Part shown: positions 59,001 through 64,000 of the stretch, piece after piece
How positions within the stretch are numbered: the stretch's first letter is position 1
Layout: every line of letters begins with the position of its first letter
From: an uncultured bacterium
Lineage (GTDB): Bacteria > Krumholzibacteriota > Krumholzibacteriia > LZORAL124-64-63
DNA length: 64,000 nt
Assembly (NCBI GenBank): GCA_963727525.1
Contig: CAVSGO010000007.1
Location: 1,856,001-1,920,000 of the forward strand
Reading direction: 5' to 3'
The notes under the pieces: model-generated
Seen by the model: the letters and a program-made list of their open reading frames with translations, nothing else
Database searches by the model: none
What the model was told of the DNA's origin: nothing
Program-made: the position numbers and the translations under genes

Positions 59001-59046
59001 GCGCCAGCAGCACGCCGGTCAGCAGAGCGGTCCGGAAGGATGTCAT
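56011..59046 (-). CDS. secreted papain-family (C1A) peptidase with beta-helix repeats and FlgD-like tail
   Basis: FDWR, QGSCGSCWAF, LSEQ, NHLVLIVGW, KNSWG; repeated C.F..N....GGA; PNPFNP tail. Confidence 0.9.
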   Translation of the reverse strand: MTSFRTALLTGVLLALLAPVAAQAETHGRGYVPPPDWDRIQREHLRIFPVDKVDLPVVFDWRLLDGVTPAKDQGSCGSCWAFAATGEMEAKIRIYYNNRIMNLSEQQVISCNPYGAGCGGGWAGSAYWVFQHQGGVTEDCMPYEGSDFVPCTADAYHKFTTLDSWYSVANDVAQIKEAVLEGPVCTGIDASGEFEGYSGGGCIDGVGHGTNHLVLIVGWDDRACDYQGAWIIKNSWGPGWGDSGFGYVRYGALSIGTSVTALQYTPPPTDVRMTSPNPAELQYGGTPVTVGWSVFGDPVNSVDIWFGADGWCGDTLVAENVPASQGTYTWTLPNVSTSRATFLVFPSEGTQQGYALLSSGMTVVGHQTRYVSASGSNTFPYDTPAKAAHAIADGVLAGAGRDTVKIAGGDYFESVAVNSQCLLEGGWNANFTVHDPAATPTNLRSVSGALRFSSDAQEHCGVSDIIFHDCTASNTSVPVIGRHGAAIVALNASPRITDCTFVNNRANPTTEPGWGGAVLLHGGAPVVSNCTFTGNIGSLGGALAVSQSAGAVIEDCTFTGNATSDSTGTYLGGAVYIGGGTATLRGCALQGNGAGMGGAIDVADGAQFVLEDCDLVANRSRLGGGAVHESAGDLAATGGRWAQNISFGGHGGGLFVEDGAFTLRNLLIAGNSTTGLGGGIMSTGTTGGALENCVIMENAATQNVGGAMVFTSGAFVARNNIVTANSGGGLMITGASATSDYNLAWQNSPLDFLSAMGAHDMVADPRFADAAGGDYALGLHSPAVDSGDPDPACNDTDGSPADRGVFGGPAAATVAPPPITGAHLTDLGAGSWRVSWDASPATDVSRYVVYCDTASVFVPGANHVAAMVTAPDHEVVDTPAFAGCYYLVVAEDAAGHVGGYSARLVTDGSSVPVPDDALPRALAINGVVPNPFNPRTTVAFDVPRAGHVSLRIYDLRGHLVRDLLDGDMAAGSHQAVWDGTDAGGRAAAAGIYLVRLDDGQHVAAAKAVLAK

Positions 59047-59221
59047 GAGCGATCCGCGCATCATCAGCAAACCTGCCTCGCATGGAGAGTCTCGAGGGTC
59101 GGCACGCGCATTGCAGCGGCGGGCAAATCGCCACGCCCACCGCGTCCGCGGTGTCATCTTGCTCACTTCATTATACGTGGGCAAGAGTTCAAGAAAAAGG
59201 ATCAAAGATGATGCCAGCAGG

Positions 59222-61234
59222 TCAGAAAAGGCCGACCGGGTCGACATCGACGATCACGTCCAGCCCCTTGTGCGCCCCGCGCAGGGCCTGCACGCAGGCG
59301 ACGAGCCAGGCCTTCTCGCGCGCGTGCAGGGCCCCCTTGACGAGCACCTGCTGCCGGTAACGTCCGTGCAGGCGCGGAAATACGCCGGGCGCCGGCCCCA
59401 GGAACTCGCGTCCGGGTCCGGCGAGCTGCGCACGCAGCGCCGTGGTCAGCTCCACTGCCGCCGCCTCGGCCAGCACCTGCTTCGCCGCCGTTAATCCGAG
59501 GCGGACAAGGCGGCGAAATGGTGGGTAGCCGAGAACCCTGCGGGCGGCGAGCTCCTGCATGGCAAAGGTCGCGAAATCGTGATCAGCCGCCGCCAGCACC
59601 ACCGGATGCTCCGGCTGCCAGGCCTGGAAGACCACGCGACCGGGCGCCGTGCGGCCCGCGCGGCCGGCCACCTGCGTCAGGAGCTGGAACGTGCGCTCGC
59701 TCGCACGATAGTCGGGCAACGAGAGACCATCGTCGGCCGCGAGCACGCCAACCAGAGCGACACGCGGGAAATGGTGACCTTTCGCCACCATCTGCGTGCC
59801 GATGAGCACATCCGCCTCACCGGACGCGAACGACGCGAGGATGTGCGCGTGGCTACCGCGCTGGCGGGTGGTGTCATGATCGAGGCGCAGCACGCGCGCC
59901 TCGGGGAAGCCGGCCTGCAGGATCAGCTCCACCTTCTCCGTACCGGCGCCGGCGGGCAGGAACGCCGATGAGCCGCACGCCGGACACTGCTGCGGCACGG
60001 TTGTGGTATGGCTGCAGTAGTGACAGAGCAGGCGTCGCGGCCGCAGGTGGTAGGTCAGGCCGATGTCGCAGTGTGGGCAGGTGACCGCCTCACCGCAATC
60101 GCTGCACTGGAGTTGCCGCGCGAAGCCGCGCCGGTTGTAGTAGAGGATCACCTGGTGGCCGCTGGCGAGCGTGCCACCGATCGCCTCGGTGAGGCGCGGG
60201 CTGAAGCCGTCCACCGCGCGTTCGCCACGCAGGTCGACAATCTCCACGCTCGGGAGCGGACCGCCCAGACGGTCGGCCAAGCGCCACAGGCCGAAGCGCC
60301 CCTCGCGCGCGTTGTGCCAGCTCGCCAGGTCGGGCGTGGCCGACCCGAGCAGCACCGCCGCTGCGCACTCGCGCCCGCGCACCAGCGCCGCGTCGCGCGC
60401 GTGGTAGCGCGGCTTCTCGTCCTGCTTGTAGCTGGTTTCGTGCTCCTCATCGACCACGATCACGCCCAGATCGCGCACCGGCGCGAAGAGCGCCGAACGC
60501 GGTCCCACGACTACCGCAACCTCGCCGCGCGCCGCCGCCTCGTGCACGCGGCAGCGTTCGCCATGCGAGAGTCCGCTGTGCACAGCCGCAGCGCGGTCGC
60601 CGAAACGCTGGGTGATGCGCGCCAGCGTTTGCGGCGTGAGCGCGATCTCGGGCAGCAGATAGATGGCGCCGCGTTCGCGGGCCAGGGCGTCCTCGATGGC
60701 GCGCAGGAAGACCTCGGTCTTGCCGCTGCCCGTCACACCGTGCACGAGCAACGCACCGTACGCGTGCGCTTCCAGCAGTTCCCTCGCGGCGGCCACCACG
60801 GCCGCCTGTGCTGGCGTGAGGTGCGCCGGGCGCGGCTCGTCGATAGGAAACACGCGCGGTTTGCGTGCCGTGCCGCGCCCGCGCGTGCCCGGTGCCGGCG
60901 GATGGAACAGAGGCACCACCTCGCCCAGAGGCACCGCGTAATACCGCGCTATCCAGCGGGCAAGCGCCAGTCGATCGGGCGCCAGCGCGTACTCGGGCGG
61001 CAAGAAGCCCTCGATGTCGCGCAGGGCGAAACCATCGATCTCGGTGGCACCGTCGCGATCGGGACGCACCGCCACCACCAGGCCGATCACGCTGCGCCGG
61101 CGACCGAACGGCGCGCGCACGAGATCGCCTACCTCGGGGACGCGCGCGTCGTCGGCTGCAGCACGGTAGGTGAACGTGTCGGCCAGAGGCACGGGAAGCG
61201 CGATGTCGAGCAGATAGCGATCGGCTGCGGCCAC
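59222..61234 (-). CDS. priA: primosomal protein N' helicase
   Basis: GVTGSGKTEV, PEIALTPQ, DEEH..YKQ..PRY, four CxxC motifs, GTQMVAKG, QVAGRAGR; GTG start estimated. Confidence 0.95.
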   Translation of the reverse strand: MAAADRYLLDIALPVPLADTFTYRAAADDARVPEVGDLVRAPFGRRRSVIGLVVAVRPDRDGATEIDGFALRDIEGFLPPEYALAPDRLALARWIARYYAVPLGEVVPLFHPPAPGTRGRGTARKPRVFPIDEPRPAHLTPAQAAVVAAARELLEAHAYGALLVHGVTGSGKTEVFLRAIEDALARERGAIYLLPEIALTPQTLARITQRFGDRAAAVHSGLSHGERCRVHEAAARGEVAVVVGPRSALFAPVRDLGVIVVDEEHETSYKQDEKPRYHARDAALVRGRECAAAVLLGSATPDLASWHNAREGRFGLWRLADRLGGPLPSVEIVDLRGERAVDGFSPRLTEAIGGTLASGHQVILYYNRRGFARQLQCSDCGEAVTCPHCDIGLTYHLRPRRLLCHYCSHTTTVPQQCPACGSSAFLPAGAGTEKVELILQAGFPEARVLRLDHDTTRQRGSHAHILASFASGEADVLIGTQMVAKGHHFPRVALVGVLAADDGLSLPDYRASERTFQLLTQVAGRAGRTAPGRVVFQAWQPEHPVVLAAADHDFATFAMQELAARRVLGYPPFRRLVRLGLTAAKQVLAEAAAVELTTALRAQLAGPGREFLGPAPGVFPRLHGRYRQQVLVKGALHAREKAWLVACVQALRGAHKGLDVIVDVDPVGLF

Positions 61235-61322
61235 AGAAGCCTCGGTGGGTTCGCGATCACGGCGATGACGGGAGCGGGCACACTCTAGCGGCCCGCCGGC
61301 GCGGGCACAAGTCCGGGCAATT

Positions 61323-63302
61323 CTACTGTCCGGGCGATTCTGCGCGTGTGGCCGAATCGGCGCGCGCCTCCAATGTCTGGAGCGTGCGCAGGTTGCGTAG
61401 CAGGGCGGGATCGGCGGGATCGAGACGGCGCGCCACCTCGAAGCGGCGCCGCGCGCCGGCGAGATCGCCCGCCTGCGCGGCGAGGATGCCGAGGTGCATG
61501 TGCGCATCGAGGAACGCCGGGTCCACCGCGACGGCCCGTTCGAGGTCCGCCACCGCCGCGGCGCGGGCGCCCGCCTGCACGTGCCGCGTGGCACGACCCG
61601 CGAGCAGCCGGGACAGCACCACGTCCGGCGTATGCGCCGGGGCGGCGAGGGTTCGCATGCGGGCGACCGCCGCGATGGCCTGGTCGAGATCGGACAGCGA
61701 CGCATTACGCAGCCACGCGTCGAGGGAGGCCGGCGTGCGCAGGCTCGGATCGAACGGGCAACCCCAGCGCGCGAGGAGGGCGGCATGACGCGCCGATCGC
61801 CGGGCATAGACCACGGCGTTGTCGGCAAAGAACACGACGACCCAGTCGCGATCTTCGCGCAGCCGCTGGCGGAGTCCACGGTCTCGCTGCGGCGCGGTGG
61901 CGTAGTCCACGGCGGCAATACCAATGTCGTACCGCGCCACAGCGTCGTCCCAGCCCTCGCCGTTGGCCATCAGCCGCTGGTACGCATCGAGAAATGCCGG
62001 CGGGAACACATCGAGCCGACCATCGATGTACACCTCGGTGGTCGGCCACAATTCGTGGATGAACCAGCCGCCGAAGGCGAGGACCTGGAAGACATGCCCT
62101 TGCGGTTCCACCTGGCGCAGAAACCTGGTGGCACCGTCCGGGCGGTTGGTCACGTCCACCCCGAGGCCCACGCGGCGGGGCGGGTCGGAGCCCATGGGCA
62201 CGCCGTGCGTTGCCGCCACGGCGCCGCCGAGGCATGCCGCGGCGATCACAGCCACGGAGAGGCCCCGCCCCAGGTGCGGTCGTTGCGCGAGCCAACCCGC
62301 GTGCGCCGCCAGCAGGGCCGGTACCAGCACGGCGAACTCCGACACCCCGCGCAGCGTGCGCAACGCCAGCGCAGCGAAGAGCAGACCCGGTACGAGCAAC
62401 GACCACTGCCACCGTCCACGCGCAGCCGCGAGCGTACCGACCATCGCCACGGCGGTGAGACCCAGCGCCTTCAGAAAGAAGGCGCCGGCATACGCCGGAT
62501 GAAAGATCGATCGCAGCTCGACGATCCCACCGCGCACCTCCGGCCTCGTCATCAGCGCGAAGGGATACACGAGGGTGCGGATCGTGTGGGGATTGATCAG
62601 GCAAACACCGAGCAACGCGCCCAGCCAACCTAGTCGCGATAGCCAGACGTTCGTCAAACCCGTCCGCCGCCGATCGATGGTCTCACCGACCCAGAATAGC
62701 GCCACCAGCGCGAGCCCGAGTACGCAGCCGGAATGGACGTTGGCCCACACAAGGAACAGTGGCAGCAGCGCCACCCGCCAGCGTCGCCCCGACGCCACCG
62801 CCCCGCGTCGCAGACACCAGAGCGTCACGCCGAGCCCCAGCGCGGTGAACATGTGCGGGCGGACGAAGGCTCGCGGCGCGATGAGCGGTGCCGCCAGCAG
62901 CACGCCAAGGGCTGCCGCCGGTATACGCTCCCGTCCGCGCCTCACGAGCCCCGCCGCGGTGGCGAAACCGAGCGCGGCGACGGCGATCAGGGCTTTCAGC
63001 AGGATGAGCGCGTCGATGCCTGCGACTCGATCGACGAGGGCGAAGACGACCTCGGCGAGCCATTCGTGCGTCACCCAGGGCTGTCCATGCGCCGTGTAGC
63101 TGAAGATGTCGGTGGTGGGAACGTGGTGCGTGGCAAGGATGAGCGCGCCCGTGCGTAGGTGCCACCAGACATCGAATGCCAGCTCCGGAAAGGTGCACAT
63201 CACCCCTGCCAGCAGCAGGGCGCAGACCAGAGCCGTCGCTCCCAGGCGTCGGGGAAGCAACGGCGCGGCAGGCGCGGCGGACTGCGGAACGTGCGGTGCC
63301 AT
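61323..63302 (-). CDS. multi-pass membrane protein (GT-C-like) with C-terminal TPR
   Basis: DVWWHL..G, W..HEWL.E, RP..F, WANVHSG, GGW.I, IDGR.D; TPR at the C-terminus. Confidence 0.75.
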   Translation of the reverse strand: MAPHVPQSAAPAAPLLPRRLGATALVCALLLAGVMCTFPELAFDVWWHLRTGALILATHHVPTTDIFSYTAHGQPWVTHEWLAEVVFALVDRVAGIDALILLKALIAVAALGFATAAGLVRRGRERIPAAALGVLLAAPLIAPRAFVRPHMFTALGLGVTLWCLRRGAVASGRRWRVALLPLFLVWANVHSGCVLGLALVALFWVGETIDRRRTGLTNVWLSRLGWLGALLGVCLINPHTIRTLVYPFALMTRPEVRGGIVELRSIFHPAYAGAFFLKALGLTAVAMVGTLAAARGRWQWSLLVPGLLFAALALRTLRGVSEFAVLVPALLAAHAGWLAQRPHLGRGLSVAVIAAACLGGAVAATHGVPMGSDPPRRVGLGVDVTNRPDGATRFLRQVEPQGHVFQVLAFGGWFIHELWPTTEVYIDGRLDVFPPAFLDAYQRLMANGEGWDDAVARYDIGIAAVDYATAPQRDRGLRQRLREDRDWVVVFFADNAVVYARRSARHAALLARWGCPFDPSLRTPASLDAWLRNASLSDLDQAIAAVARMRTLAAPAHTPDVVLSRLLAGRATRHVQAGARAAAVADLERAVAVDPAFLDAHMHLGILAAQAGDLAGARRRFEVARRLDPADPALLRNLRTLQTLEARADSATRAESPGQ

Positions 63303-63343
63303 GGGGGCACGATACCGCAAGCGCCGACGGAAGTCAGCAAGCG

Positions 63344-63721
63344 TCAGTGATTCACGCCGAGCAGAGCCTGCACCTTCTCGATGACCTTGGCCGGACTGAA
63401 GGGCTTGGTGATGTAGCCGTCCGCGCCCGCGGCTTGACCCTGCTCGCGGTCGCTCTTGGACGCCCGGGCTGTCAGCAGGATCACAGGCACGCTCTTGGTG
63501 CGCGGATCCAGCTTGAGCCGTTTGCAGGTCTCGAAACCGTCGCCGCGCGGCATCATCACGTCGAGGATGATGAGGTCGGGTTTCTCTTCTACCGCCTGCG
63601 CGAACGCTTCCTCGCCGTTACCCGCGGCGATCACCTGGAAACCCTCGGCGTCGAGGCTGAAATCGAGGATATTGCGAATGTTGAACTCGTCGTCGACGAC
63701 CAGGACTTTCTGCAAGACCAT
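63344..63721 (-). CDS. single-domain response regulator
   Basis: VLVVDDE, PDLIILDVMMP, LLTA, YITKPF. Confidence 0.93.
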   Translation of the reverse strand: MVLQKVLVVDDEFNIRNILDFSLDAEGFQVIAAGNGEEAFAQAVEEKPDLIILDVMMPRGDGFETCKRLKLDPRTKSVPVILLTARASKSDREQGQAAGADGYITKPFSPAKVIEKVQALLGVNH

Positions 63722-63764
63722 GCCTCCCGTGCGTGGGTCGTTCTCCTCGCATCCGCGACAGCGT

Positions 63765-64000
63765 TCAGTCGCGCACGAGCACGGCCGGATGGGCCGGGGC
63801 CGGGCGCTTGAGATCCTCGCCGTCGTCGGCGCGTTCGCGAAGCTGTTCCACCTGCGTCCTCCGTGCCGTCGCTTCCTCCAGGAACACGCCCGCCAGGCGC
63901 GGGCAGTAGCGAATGCCCACGAGACTGCGGATCTCCTCGAGGGCGAGATGCAGCGGCACGGCGGGCCGGTAGGGACGGTTCTGGAGCAGGGCGCGCAGGC
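63765..64000 (-). CDS. 3' end of an HD-GYP-like domain protein (partial)
   Basis: LRALLQNRPYRPA..ALEEIR..G..YCP resembles the HD-GYP C-terminus; starts beyond the window. Confidence 0.6.
   Translation of the reverse strand, partial: LRALLQNRPYRPAVPLHLALEEIRSLVGIRYCPRLAGVFLEEATARRTQVEQLRERADDGEDLKRPAPAHPAVLVRD

Noticed and set aside
35-59211. Long antisense or alternate-frame ORFs (e.g. 35-1438, 11830-13683, 42021-44420, 56578-59211)
   Set aside because: Shadow ORFs expected in high-GC DNA opposite well-supported genes; no recognisable motifs.
1-64000. CRISPR arrays, tRNA or rRNA genes
   Set aside because: None recognised by eye; the repeats seen are protein-level (propeller, beta-helix) or the IS pair. 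A covariance-model scan was not possible.

Overview
High-GC bacterial chromosomal window. Many secreted proteins share a C-terminal FlgD-Ig/T9SS-like tail, which suggests an FCB-related lineage such as Ca. Krumholzibacteriota or Latescibacterota (inference). The window holds: a glycogen-related cluster (galT-like, sensor kinase, response regulator, glgC); a ClC channel; recQ; an accessory region (~15-31 kb) with small stress genes and gene remnants; a selenocysteine peroxiredoxin (prxU) with SECIS; MATE and NhaC transporters; a metal-uptake operon preceded by a CxxC/RAPP leader ORF; a pullulanase-TPR lipoprotein-amylase cluster; porCDAB; an ArsR-permease-thioredoxin-CcdA operon; and priA. Two inverted 1223-bp copies of an IS1/IS1595-like element are each flanked by AAC. 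The main observations are: (1) a RAPP leader whose Pro-Pro codons are complementary to the downstream Shine-Dalgarno; (2) removing IS copy 1 joins a secreted beta-propeller in frame to a SIR2-like domain; (3) Sec recoding in prxU; (4) several genes, including glgA, collapsed to N- and C-terminal stubs by internal deletions. All family calls come from motif recognition by eye, not database searches.
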